Made by a program: the position numbers and the translations under genes. Under the pieces are notes generated by a model. That model was given only the letters and a program-made list of their open reading frames with translations. It was not told the DNA's origin and did no database searches. Shown one piece after another: positions 40,822-52,500 of a stretch of DNA of 64,000 nt. Source of the DNA: Pirellulales bacterium (GTDB lineage Bacteria > Planctomycetota > Planctomycetia > Pirellulales > PALSA-1355); assembly GCA_963733035.1 (NCBI GenBank), contig CAVTBU010000005.1:1952001-2016000 (forward strand), written 5' to 3'. The stretch's first letter is position 1. Every line of letters begins with the position of its first letter.

Positions 40822-42540
40822 ATGGCAATGCGTCGTCTCGGTCAAATTCTGGTGGATCTGGGATTCATCACCGATGATCAACTCGAACAGTTGCTCGAGG
40901 ATCACCAGGCGAGCCCGGGCATCCTCATCGGCAAATTTGCCGAGAGCCAGAACCTGATCAACGAGGAGCAATTGGCCCAGGCCGTGGCCGAGCAGTGGGG
41001 CATGCAGGTGGTCAACCTGGCCGACATTGTCGTGCCGCCCAACGTGCTCTCGATGGTCACCGAAACGATGGCCCAGATGTATCGCATCGTGCCGATCGCG
41101 TTTCGCGACGACTCGCTGACGATCGCCATGTGCGACCCGCAGAATCTGTCGATTCAGGACGAGTTGCGCACCTTCCTGGGTTATGAAATCCGCTCGGTCG
41201 TAGCCACCGAACGCGACGTACTCAAGGCGCTCGATCGGTACTACGCCGCTAGCAACGAAAGCGTTGAAAGCCTCGTGCAGGACATGGATGCCGACGAGGA
41301 GCTGGCCGCCGCGGCCGCCGCCGCCGGCAAAGAGGGGCCCATCGACCTGACCAGCGTCGAGGCCCTGGCCGACAGTGCCCCGGTGCGCAAGCTGCTCAAT
41401 ATGGTTCTGCTGATCGCCATTCGCGATCACGCCAGCGACTTGCACTTTGAACCGTTCGAAGATGAATTCCGCATTCGCATCAAGGCCGACGGCGTGCTCT
41501 ACGAAATGGTGCCGCCGCCGCGCCACCTGGCCTTTGCCATCACCACCCGCATCAAAGTGATGGCCAACCTGGATATTGCCGAGCGCCGCATGCCGCAGGA
41601 CGGCCGCATCGAACTGACCGTTGGTGGCCACCCGGTCGACCTCCGCGTCAGCGTGCTGCCAACCATGTTCGGCGAGAGTGTCGTCATGCGGGTGCTCGAT
41701 CGCTCGGTGGTCTCGCTGGACCTGAACAAGGTGGGTATGGATGCGCCCACGATCAAGGGCTTTCGCGAGATCATGCACAAGCCTAACGGTATCGTCCTGG
41801 TAACCGGGCCGACCGGTTCGGGCAAGACCACCACGCTTTACTCGGCCCTGTCCGAGATGAACCAGATCACCGATAAGCTGATCACCACCGAAGACCCGAT
41901 CGAATACGACATCGACGGCATCGTGCAAGTGCCCATTGACTCATCGATCGGCAATACGTTTGCCATGTGCCTGCGGGCGATCCTGCGTCAAGATCCCGAC
42001 AAGATCCTGGTGGGCGAGATTCGCGACATTGAAACGGCCGAGATTGCCGTCCAGGCTTCGCTCACGGGTCATACCGTGTTCAGCACGCTGCACACCAACG
42101 ACGCCCCCAGCACGATCACGCGATTGCGCGACATGGGCATCCAACCGTTTTTGATCACCGCCACGGTGGAAGGCATTCTGGCCCAACGGCTCGTGCGGCG
42201 CATTTGCACGCAATGCCGCGAAGTCTCAGTCCCCAGCAGCGAGATCCTGCAGGACCTTGACTTGTCCCCTTCGGATCTGGCCGGCAAGACCTACTACAAG
42301 GGGCACGGTTGCGATGCCTGCAATAACACCGGATATAAGGGACGCGTAGGCCTGTTCGAACTGATGATCATGAACAACAACCTGCGCGACATGATCATGC
42401 AGGATGCTTCGACCGAAGAACTGCGCGACGCGGCCCGCAGCTACGGTATGATCACGCTGCGCGACAACGGCATGAGTGCCGCCAGCGACGGCCTGACCAC
42501 GCTCGAAGAAGTTGTCCGCGAAACCGTGATGGAAGCCTAG
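40822..42540 (+). CDS. pilB: Type IV pilus extension ATPase (PilB/GspE), copy 2, with MshEN-like N-terminus
   Basis: RLGQILVDLGFI motif, ASDLHFEP, PQDGR, Walker A, GEIRD and tetracysteine motif. Confidence 0.93.
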   Translation: MAMRRLGQILVDLGFITDDQLEQLLEDHQASPGILIGKFAESQNLINEEQLAQAVAEQWGMQVVNLADIVVPPNVLSMVTETMAQMYRIVPIAFRDDSLTIAMCDPQNLSIQDELRTFLGYEIRSVVATERDVLKALDRYYAASNESVESLVQDMDADEELAAAAAAAGKEGPIDLTSVEALADSAPVRKLLNMVLLIAIRDHASDLHFEPFEDEFRIRIKADGVLYEMVPPPRHLAFAITTRIKVMANLDIAERRMPQDGRIELTVGGHPVDLRVSVLPTMFGESVVMRVLDRSVVSLDLNKVGMDAPTIKGFREIMHKPNGIVLVTGPTGSGKTTTLYSALSEMNQITDKLITTEDPIEYDIDGIVQVPIDSSIGNTFAMCLRAILRQDPDKILVGEIRDIETAEIAVQASLTGHTVFSTLHTNDAPSTITRLRDMGIQPFLITATVEGILAQRLVRRICTQCREVSVPSSEILQDLDLSPSDLAGKTYYKGHGCDACNNTGYKGRVGLFELMIMNNNLRDMIMQDASTEELRDAARSYGMITLRDNGMSAASDGLTTLEEVVRETVMEA

Positions 42541-42681
42541 CGGAGACGACTGCTCACCAGAAACGACCAACACGAGATCAACATACAGCCGGCCCGTCGA
42601 TGGCCGAAACTAAAGATCGATCAATAAACGGAACCTCCGCAGTACAGTACCCTCGTAGCACAGCGAATCAGGATCACGGCC

Positions 42682-44013
42682 ATGCCTACTTATCAATTCG
42701 AGGCCATGGACTCCACGGGTCAGGAGATCAAGGACGTTATCGACGCCCCGAGCGAGGAAGAAGCCCAGGCGACCATTCGCCAGATGGGCTATTTCGTCAC
42801 CAAAATCGCGGTCAAGAAGCAAAAGAAGACCGCGGCCGAAAAAGCCAAGGGGGGCAAAAAACGTAGCTTCGCCGTCGGCGGCGTCAACTCCAAGGTTCTG
42901 ACCGCCTTCACGCGCCAACTCTCGATTCTGCAGGACGCCGGCCTGCCGATTCTGCGCAGCTTGCGAATTCTCGAGCAGCAGAGCAAGCCAGGTCGGATGA
43001 AAAACAGCCTGATGGACGTCTGCGACGAGATCGAAGGCGGCTCCACGCTCTCCGAGGGCATGGCCAAGGCGCCCAAGGCTTTCAACCGGCTCTACGTCAA
43101 CATGATCAAGGCCGGCGAGGCGGGCGGTGCGTTGGAAATCATTCTCCAGCGCCTGGCCGACTTCCAGGAACGATCGCAGTCGCTCAAACGCAAGATCAAA
43201 GGCGCCATGATCTACCCGATCGTGGTCATCTCGGTGGCGGTCGGCATCTTGACCTTCATCATGATCAAGATCGTCCCCTCGTTCGTGTCGATCTTCGAGG
43301 ACTTTGAAGTCGATCTGCCGCCGATGACCGTGTTGCTGATTGCCATCTCCAATGGCGCCGTCAACTACTGGTACCTGATTCCGGGCATTCCGATCGGCTT
43401 CTTGCTCTTCATCAAGCTGTTGCGCAAATTCAATGCCGGACGCGTCGGCTGGGATATGTTCATCCTCAAAATGCCGATCTTCGGGCCGTTGGTCGAAAAG
43501 AACATTCTGGCCCGCACCACGCGAACCCTGGGCACGCTGGTTTCCAGCGGCGTGCCGATTCTCGAGGCGCTTAACATTACCCGCGAAACCTCCGGCAACG
43601 CGGTGTTCGAATATATGTTCGCCAAGGTCTCCGAGTCGATTCGCGAGGGCGAGTCCATCTCGAAGCCGATGAAAGAATTCTCGCAGATGACGTTTCATCC
43701 CATGTGCGCGTTTTTCTGGGCCCTGTTTTGCGGCGGCCCGATCGGGCTGCTGCTGTACATGGGCCGCATGCGGTCGCGCGTGGTCGACGACCTGACGGTC
43801 AACATGGTCGACGTGGGCGAGGAAACCGGCGAATTAGACACCATGCTCTACAAGGTGGCCGACACCTACGACGAAGAAGTCTCGGTGCTCACCGAAAGCC
43901 TGGTCAGTCTGATGGAGCCGCTTTTGATTATCTTCTTGGGTGGGGCAGTCGGGTTCATCGTCATATCACTCTTTATGCCGCTGGTGGCCCTGATTACGAA
44001 CTTGAGCGGCTAG
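42682..44013 (+). CDS. pilC: Type IV pilus inner-membrane platform protein (PilC/GspF)
   Basis: FTRQLS.LQDAGLPI, AGEAGG.LE, AMIYP, GVPILEAL and VGEETGELD. Confidence 0.94.
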   Translation: MPTYQFEAMDSTGQEIKDVIDAPSEEEAQATIRQMGYFVTKIAVKKQKKTAAEKAKGGKKRSFAVGGVNSKVLTAFTRQLSILQDAGLPILRSLRILEQQSKPGRMKNSLMDVCDEIEGGSTLSEGMAKAPKAFNRLYVNMIKAGEAGGALEIILQRLADFQERSQSLKRKIKGAMIYPIVVISVAVGILTFIMIKIVPSFVSIFEDFEVDLPPMTVLLIAISNGAVNYWYLIPGIPIGFLLFIKLLRKFNAGRVGWDMFILKMPIFGPLVEKNILARTTRTLGTLVSSGVPILEALNITRETSGNAVFEYMFAKVSESIREGESISKPMKEFSQMTFHPMCAFFWALFCGGPIGLLLYMGRMRSRVVDDLTVNMVDVGEETGELDTMLYKVADTYDEEVSVLTESLVSLMEPLLIIFLGGAVGFIVISLFMPLVALITNLSG

Positions 44014-44134
44014 GGAAGTTTCGCAGCACAACCATTTCACAACTCGAACGTCCTCCTTCGCCGCGCCCGCGGGGCACGCGCGAAGGCACCGTCGGCGCCC
44101 CCGGAGACAGCAGGTCTCCTGGCGCCGGCTCGCG

Positions 44135-44280
44135 GCCTGTTGAAGAATTCAGCGGGCTGCGACATCGCATGGATGCGATGACGAAATAGACGGCGTAAGT
44201 CGTCATTTCGCGAGCGGTGCGGAGCTTGGCTCCGCACTTCGCGAGGTTGAAAAATGTCACGAAGGCATTTTTCAACAGAC
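44135..44280. mobile_element. MITE/REP-like element with imperfect terminal inverted repeats and four internal hairpins
   Basis: Left end GCCTGTTGAAGAAT; right end reverse complement GTCTGTTGAAAAAT; four internal inverted repeats; no transposase. Confidence 0.6.
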
Positions 44281-44439
44281 AGTTAAGAACGATGAACCAC
44301 CACCGGCAGCACGGCGGCCTGGCGGACCTTCCGCCGGGCGAGCCGGTCGTGTTGCCGCCAAACGACAGCCACACAGCGCGTCCACGAGGGGCGCGGCCAC
44401 GAGCGAACCACGAGAGCGAAAGTAGCAAGGAACCCAGCG

Positions 44440-45533
44440 ATGCCCGAACCCAGCCCGCACGAACCGGCCCCGTCCCCCGCGCCTCGCCGCGGATTCACCC
44501 TCACCGAGCTGCTGGTGGTGATCGCCATCATCGCCATCCTGGTGTCGCTCACCAGCGTGGCCGTGATGACGGCGATGACCAAAGCGAAGCAGACCCGCAT
44601 CAAGGTCGAGCTCGACCAGATCGACTCGGCGCTCAAAGCCTACAAAGACAAGTACGGGGCGTATCCGCCGTGCAATTTGGCATTTAATGAGACCGGGATC
44701 CCGTCGACGAGAACAGAATCGACGCCTGGCGGTTGTTCAGGCAGCACCTGGCATTGGCGTTTCCGCGATACGACACGAGTCAACCTTCAAAACTCACCTG
44801 CAGAACGACCTTACGAATGCGGGCATCGACTTATACTAACGTTCGGCCCGGACCAGGCACTGGTGTTTTGGTTGCAAGGGTTCAGCTCGAATCCGCTCAG
44901 GCCGATTTTCAGCGTGAACAGCAAACAATGTCGATGAACAACAGCGAGGTACGGAGCTTGGCGTTATCCAGCGTACCAATGCTTTCTTCGAGTTCGACAA
45001 GACGCGGCTGCTTGCGAAAGCGAGTGTCCTGCCTGCGACCAGTTATATCGCGCCTTCGTATTTTCCCAGCGGGGTGAAGACCACTCTCCGCGGACGCGGT
45101 AGCCGCTGGAGCCGGACCCTATGTCTATTGGGATTCACGGTCGTATGGCGAAACGAACCACTCCGATGGGATGCGCCGGACCACGAGTGACCATGCTGAA
45201 TACGTTCAACCCAACACGTTCAAAGCCCATAGCTGACGGTGTTTTCCAATGCCGGGGTGACCTGTCCCTATTGGCACGACCGCAATGGGAACGCGTCCAC
45301 CAATCAGCCGGCGGACTTCAACAGCCAGAGAATCGTGGTGCAATCCCGATTCGTTTCAGCTCATCGCTTGCGGGGGCGATGGCAAGTACGGCTCAGGTGA
45401 ATCCTAACCCAACGACTGACGCAGCGGCTCTACCCGACCGGCACGAACTATGATCCCTCGACGAGCATTAGCCGATGACGACAACGTGACGAACTTTACC
45501 AATGCTTCGCGGATTGGAGATGATCGGCCATGA
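44440..45533 (+). CDS. Large pilin-like protein A (class III signal peptide); multiple apparent frameshifts
   Basis: RRG|FTLTELLVVIAIIAIL; downstream fragments ALVFWLQG, FFEFD, PYVYWDSRSY, NPDSFQLIACGGDGKYG and DDNVTNF; TGA overlaps the next ATG. Confidence 0.8.
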
Positions 45534-46903
45534 TGCGTCGCAGTGGGTTGCTCACGTCCGTCGGTCGCCGCGGGTTTACGCTCGTGGAACTGCTGATCAC
45601 GGTCAGCATCGTGGCGATCATGGCCTCGATGGTGCTGTTCGCCATGTTCCAGGCCCAGGACGCCGCCCGCGCAAAAAACCCGCACGCAGATCGCGAAGCT
45701 GAACAACATCATCATGCAGCGGTACGACGAGTTCCGGACGCGGAGGGTGCCATACACATTCCCGCCGCCGAAGTTTGCCGCGACGGCTCTGCCGGCAATT
45801 AAGGCTCAGTACTACAACGAGATCTCTCGCGCCCGGCTCGATTGTCTGCGCGACCTGATGCGGATGGAAATGCCGGACCGGATGAATGACATTGTCAATC
45901 CACCCGCATCGGCTCCGGTAACTCCCTTTCCGCACTCGCTGCCTTCGACTGTCATGAACGCATATTCGGGCTACATGGCAGCCCCGGTGCTTTATCAGCA
46001 GTACTACGCGCGATACAACGCCGCCACCATCGCGAACCCATCTAAGTGGCCCAACTATGATCACGAAGGCGCGGAATGTTTGTACATGATCGTAATGGCC
46101 TCGGTCGCTCAGCAGGGGGACGCTCGCGAAGTTTTCAAGAGCAGCGACGTAGGCGACACCGACGAAGACGGCTTGCCAGAATTTCTCGACGGCTGGAATC
46201 GACCCATTGATTTCATTCGGTGGGCGCCCGGCTACCTGTCGGTTTTGCAGACGCCGATCAGGGTTACGGGCACGGTAAATGCAAACGGCCAAACGGCAAC
46301 GCTTAATGTGACGGGCAACTACGGTCAGCGGCTTTCGCAGACGCCAGGCTCGTACATTGGCGGCGCGGCGATCTTGATCGACCCGACGACGCAGATGATG
46401 GATACGAGTAAGATGGGGAGGATCACCGGTTACAACTACACGCTCTCGCCGCTGTCGGTTACGTTTAGCTTCGAAGTTCCGAGCATGAGCATGCTTCCGC
46501 CCACCGCGAATCCATTTGGTGGAAGTAGCACGTCGGGTGAGTTCGTCATCCTGCAGCCCGATCCCTTCGATTCGCGCGGTTCATATCCTTGGTACGCTGC
46601 CGCGTCGACATATCCTGCTTTGGCAAATCCCACGTTTCGCCTCTACCCGCTCATCCTCAGTGCCGGTCCGGACAAGGTCTTTGGAATCATCCATGACTGG
46701 CAGATTCCCGCGGGATCTGGCAATTATTACAACGCTGCCGCTCCGTCGGTGCGGCTGAATCCGTTTTACGTGCCGCCACCAATCTCCGAATCATTCGGTC
46801 AGGCGTTGGCTCGACGCTCTATCACGTTACCGCTCCCGAGCCAAATTGGTATCGCGGCTGCGATGTCGACAACATCTCGAACCACAATCTCAATCAGAGG
46901 TAG
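45530..46903 (+). CDS. Large pilin-like protein B; apparent frameshifts near 45675 and ~46820
   Basis: RRG|FTLVELLITVSIVAI; RMEMPDR, AECLYMIV, DTDEDGLPEFLDGW.RPI.FIRWAPG, PLILSAGPD and DNISNH. Confidence 0.82.
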
Positions 46904-46906
46904 ACC

Positions 46907-48333
46907 GTGCGCGGCGGCAGGCGGACAATTCGACGCGGGCGGCGGCGTGGGGTGACGCTGTTGGAGCTGTTGATCGTGATGGTGATCTTGCTGATGATCA
47001 CCGCGGCGGCGATTCCGATCGTCGTGCCGGCTACCCGCAACCGCCAGATGCGCGAAGCCACGCGGCTGGTCACCACCTATCTCGGCGCCGCCAAGGCCCG
47101 CGCCGTGCAAACCGGCCGACCGGCCGGAGTGATGATCGAGCGATTCAACGGCAACGCGTTCGCGCTGCAGATGTCGCAAGTCGAAGTACCGCCACCGTAC
47201 GCGGGGGACATTCAACGTACTCAACAGACGAGTGGGGCGTTACCAGATAAGGGGCAACGTGACGAGTGCAACGAACAACGGCGCGGGACAAGTTCGCATC
47301 ACGACAGCGGCCCCAATTCCACTGGCATTAGAAACGGATTCAACGTGACGATGGCTGGCGTAATGGGAACCACGAAGCAAATGGGCGATGGAAGATTACT
47401 AACAATCAGCACCCACTTCGATTTACAGGGAAGCGCGTTCACGAATACATACACGAGCGGAGGAACCTTTTCTATCGAGTGCTGGCCATGCGTATTGCAG
47501 CTAGGCGCAGCGGATACCCAGTGGCAGAGCCTACTCAGATACGGAGATCAGGTGCGTCTGGATTATCGTGGTCTGCTTTATACGCTTACATCGGTGCCGA
47601 CGCCATTGCCGGCAACGGCAATCCCCTGGAAGTGGCAGACGATCAAGCAACCGCCTCCTGGAAATCGCCACCGACGGGAACTGGTTTCTGGCGGCAACGG
47701 GTGGCAAGCAACCGTTGACGCCAATCTGTTGTCAAAGTCCCTTACAGGTCTTTCGCCAGCCGGTGCGCACAATCACGCCGCCACTGTTGTTGCCGGATGG
47801 CATCGTGGTCGACCTGGCTATTTCGGGCGTTGGAATCGGAGGAAGTTTCACCCGTGTTCCTATAGCAGGCGATGACCGTCGCCAACGCCACCGCTTCCGC
47901 CGACTGTAGTTACTCGATCCGATGATTATCTTCTCTCCCAGCGGGCGTCTCGAGTGGGTAACCAATCCGCACGGGCGACTCATTCGTCCACTCGACTCGG
48001 TCTACCTGCTGATGGGTCGCCGCGAATTGATGTATGACGTGACATCGAAGAGTAATCCAAATGCCAGCTAAACAAGACATAGTCTCACAGAATCTCAGCC
48101 CAATTTCCAAGACAGCGGGCCTAGACCAACCCCACCCGAAAACTTTTGGATCTCAATCGGCTACCAGACGGGACTAGTGACGGTTGCTGAAGTCGCGCCG
48201 CACATCCAGGACTAAATTCCAGCCCCACTACGCCGCCACTTCCAATTGTGACTTTGACGCAAGTCGATACGTAAGCCTCCCAACTGCCCGCGCGTTCGCC
48301 CAGCAATCGCAAAGCTATGTGGGAGGGCGGTAG
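46907..48333 (+). CDS. Large FimT/GspH-like minor pilin C; multiple apparent frameshifts
   Basis: RRG|VTLLELLIVMVILL, REATR.V..YL..AKARA..TGRPAGV; C-terminal IFSPSG and WISIGYQTGLVT; TAG at 48331-48333. Confidence 0.78.
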
Positions 48334-48335
48334 AC

Positions 48336-49503
48336 ATGCGGAAGTGGCAACTGGACACAACTGGCGCATGCGATCTCCCCGCGCGGCCGGCCCGGCGGCG
48401 GGGGATCAGCTTGTTGGAAGTGCTGATCTCGATGTTCGTGCTGGCGATCGGGCTGATGGGCGTGGCGGCCCTGATTCCCGCCGGCCGGCACGAAATCGTC
48501 GAAGCCATCAAGCTCGAAAACGCCGCCATGGTTGGCCGCGGCGCCTTCCGGGATATCCAAATCCGCGAGTATTTGAATCCGGAGGAACTGGATGGGATCC
48601 AACAAGACCGGAGGAGACGTGGCAATGTACCGGGACGTACGGTATACGACTCGACACCACTCCCGCGACGCCGTTCAATATCTATCAATCCCGACGAAGG
48701 AACTGTACCAGGCAACGGCTCGCAAGTTGCCTTCGCAATCGATCCGCTGGGATTGACGGCCTCGACCACCTATGGAAATGTCTTTCCCTTCACGGTCTGA
48801 GCGGCCCCACGCCTCCGCTCCGCTTCGTCGCATCCTGCCGTTCAAGCCGGCGTCGAGCGATCCCGCCAACATGCGGGCGGCGTTCGATACGATCTTTCGC
48901 GGCTCGTTCGATCAGGTCACTCAGCCGAACACTGCCAGCAAGGATCTGCCGCCAAATCAGCAGTACTTTAATAACGGCACGACCTACCTTCGCCGCGCTT
49001 CGGACGGCAACTACTCGTGGATGGCCACTGTGGTTTCCGATCCGACCAAGTCGGCACTCGACGCCGAGGTGACCGTCTCGGTGGCCGTGTTTTATAAGCG
49101 GACCTTGCTGACGACGACCGACGCCGGCGGCAGCCCTGTCGCTGTCGGTGAATACATCAGTCAACTCAATACGTTCCCGGTACTGCCGATGACCAGCGGC
49201 GGCCAGGCGATCCTTTCCCAACTGCCGAACGACACGACCGGAAAAATGGTGTCGGTCAAACCAGGGCAGTGGATCATGCTTGGCGGGCGGCAACTTGCCT
49301 CGGCCGGACCTCCTCCGACCTATTACTACCACTATCGCTGGTATCGCGTACTTTCCGCCGCTCCGGCGAACACTTCAACGCAAACCCAGCAAGTCACCCT
49401 GGCCGGCCACGACTGGAACATTTCAAACGTCAACAGCCGGGCCTGGATCTTCGACAACATCGTCAGCGTGTATGAAAAGAACTTGCCGCTGGAATTTGAA
49501 TAA
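48336..49503 (+). CDS. Large PilV/GspI-like minor pilin D; apparent frameshift near 48790
   Basis: RRG|ISLLEVLISMFVLAIGLMGVAAL; FAIDPLG, YSWMATV, VSVAVFYKR and WYRV. Confidence 0.82.
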
Positions 49504-49586
49504 GTGCCGGAACAACCGGCAGGCGGGACGAGGGGCAAACAGTGACGGCAGGCCGGGGCGACCTGCCAGATGAGGAACCGACCGTG

Positions 49587-52500
49587 ATGAGACACTTGCC
49601 AACGCGCACTCCCCAGCATGATCTCGAATTCCGGCGACCAGGCACGAGCCGTCCGCGCGCCGCCGCGCGGCCGCGCCGCGGGGTGCTGTTGCTGGTGGTG
49701 CTGAGCCTGCTGATTCTGTTTTCGCTGATCGCGGTTACGTTCGTGCTGGTGGCCGGCCGCTACTACGACACAGCCCGCAACTCCGTCCGCATGGAGCAGA
49801 CCGGCGACAACCCCCAGCGGTTGCTGGAAGATGTGCTGGCCCAGTGCGTCCGCGGCACGACCAACCCGCACAGCGTGCTCCGCGGCCACAGTTTGCTGGA
49901 AGACCTGTATGGGAATGATGGGATTACATACAGCGATACGACGAACCATCTGGAAGTCATGACGTACTCGGCGTCCAGCTGGCAACCGATCGCGCCAGAC
50001 AAAGTGGGACAAATTATCGACCTGAGGTTTCGGCCAAGTGGTAGCGGAATCAAATTCGTGTCCTACCCGGGTGTTTCGCTGCCGGTCACTTACACGCCTC
50101 CCTACCCGCTCAGCCTGCAGCAGGCTCAAACGCCGGGCTATTTCAACGGCTGTGTGTTCACGGCGCTAGGGGGCGCTGCCGAAGGCAAGAGTACTCGGAT
50201 CGTCGGGCTGGGGACTCGTGAACGATATTACGTCGTTCGGGTCTTGGCGTTCGACGGCGTCACATTTACCCAACTCAAAACAACCCTCCGACCGGTTTTG
50301 TGATCAATGGCCGGCCGTTCAATGGCACGGGATTTGGATTCAATCCGAACGATCCATCGCCAGGGACGTCCCCCACGCTGTTGAGTGCGACCGAAACGAT
50401 CAGCGGAGCAGCCCCAGCCGATCCCCTTCGCACTGCTGCCCAATCCGGTACTCGCCGATCCGGCGAATCTAAATCCGTTGGCGAGCGTATCGGGCGGTGT
50501 GACGCATTATCCACAGTTCGGAGGCATTGGTGGAGCGGACGAAGACTACGACGCCCCCGATGCACAAAATATGCTGTTGGCGCACATCCCGATGTCGGTC
50601 CCCAGTGGTGCTACCTACCCTGGCGACAATCATTCCCTCGCTGCATCGCCCGGAGACCATCCTCTACGTTACCACAAACTTCACTCCGGGCACCGACGAG
50701 AGCCACGAAACTGTTGAACCAGCAGGTCAATGCTGAGGCCGCACACCGAGCGGCTTGCGAAATTCGCCACACATCCACAATTCCCGTACATCGATATCAC
50801 CGGCGGGCCATATGACGTCGACAACGATGGCGACGGGGTTGCGGAAAGCATTTGGGTCGACGCGGGACTGCCGGTACGTACCGCACCCGACGGCCGGACC
50901 TATAAGCCGATGGTTGCCATTTTGTGCCTGGATCTGGATGGCCGGTTGAACGTAAACGCCCACGGCAACGTCGGCACAAGTGGACTCGTATTACCTGGGA
51001 GCGACTCCCACTGCGTATACCGGTCTTGACCATCAATGCGAAGCAGCTGCCAACCACCCTCACCGTCACCTCCCCCAATCTGACACGCGGCCACGGCTAC
51101 GGGCCGGCGGAGATTAGTTTGTTCCCACTGTTTGTGCCGACCGGCACAACGACCGCGCCGACGACGTATCTGCAGCTGGCAATACTTCGCAATGTTGTTG
51201 AACTCCCGTTACGGTGAACCGAACACGAGGCTGTATGATCTGGCGCACGATCCGAGGCAAAGCATATACAATGATGCCGTATAACTCGAAGTCCCACGGC
51301 CGCAGCAACTGGAAGCCAAAAGGTCCCGAATTACCCGGGAGCTACCAGCTATGCCGATCTCTTGGCGGGACTGAACTTCACGCACTACCCGTATCCGTAT
51401 CCACTCACGCCGCCGCCGCTTCATTCCTTTCAGACGCCAACGGACTTGTCGGGCCGCGCCTTCACCGTACTCGACGCACGGGGCATGCCGCTGCCGATCT
51501 ACACGGACCGGACGACCGACATTCTGGATAGCCCCTATGAGTTGAATTTGAGCCGCAAAGCCGTGCGGTCGGCTTCATCGCCCAGCTTTACTCCGACGTC
51601 GATCGCGGCGGCCATCGCCGGCACGACACCCAATCCGCTGGATACGCCGTTTTCGCCGGCGGAGTTGGAACGGATTCTGCGAATGTATGATCTTGGACTC
51701 CGCCGATCTGCCCGATCGGCTGCGGTCGTTGGTTGAGCGGGACGCGGCGGCCCGGCACTCGACTTGCTGCGGAACATCATCACGACCGATAGTTTCGATC
51801 TTCCGGTGCCGGCGATCCTGCCGACGCGCGACATGCGAAGGGCCAATGGCGCTGCGAAGCCAATCATCTCGCCGTCGATGTCGGACTTGTTGCGCGTGAG
51901 GATGAATGCGGCGGGCTTTGCTGGCTCGTTCCCGACCGAAGTTGCGAAGATGCTGGCGCCGGAACTGGTGGCCGGTCTGCGCATGGACGTCAACCGCCCG
52001 TTCGGCAATGGCCGCGACGACAACAATAACAACATTGTCGACGAACCGTTGGAAATGCCGGAGTCGGCCTATTGGAACACGACCAACATGTCGGTGCCGG
52101 CCCGGTTCACGACCTCGCCCGTTCCGACCAATCCGGTCAACGGCATCGACGTGAACAACAACAATTTGGGAGACGATAACGCCCTGGCTCGGCAACTCTA
52201 CGCGCGGCATCTGTACATCTTGATGATGCTGCTGAAGGACGAGAACTTCCAAATTGACTACAACGGAGACGGCTTCGCGGGCAGCACCGCGGATCAAGTG
52301 GAAACCGCCTATGCCATTGCGCAGTGGGCGGTGAACGTAGTCGACTTCCGCGACCGCGATTCGATCATGACGCCGTTCCAGTTCAATATCTATCCATTCA
52401 AGGACGGCTGGACGGCGACCAACGATCTGTATAACCCGCCTGCCAATACGGGGCTGGTGTGGGGCTGTGAGCGGCCTGAACTGTTGATTACCGAGACCCT

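Noticed and set aside
39602..43698. Long antisense ORFs (408, 463 and 362 aa) opposite pilT/pilB/pilC
   Set aside because: Typical shadow ORFs of high-GC3 genes with no recognisable motifs.
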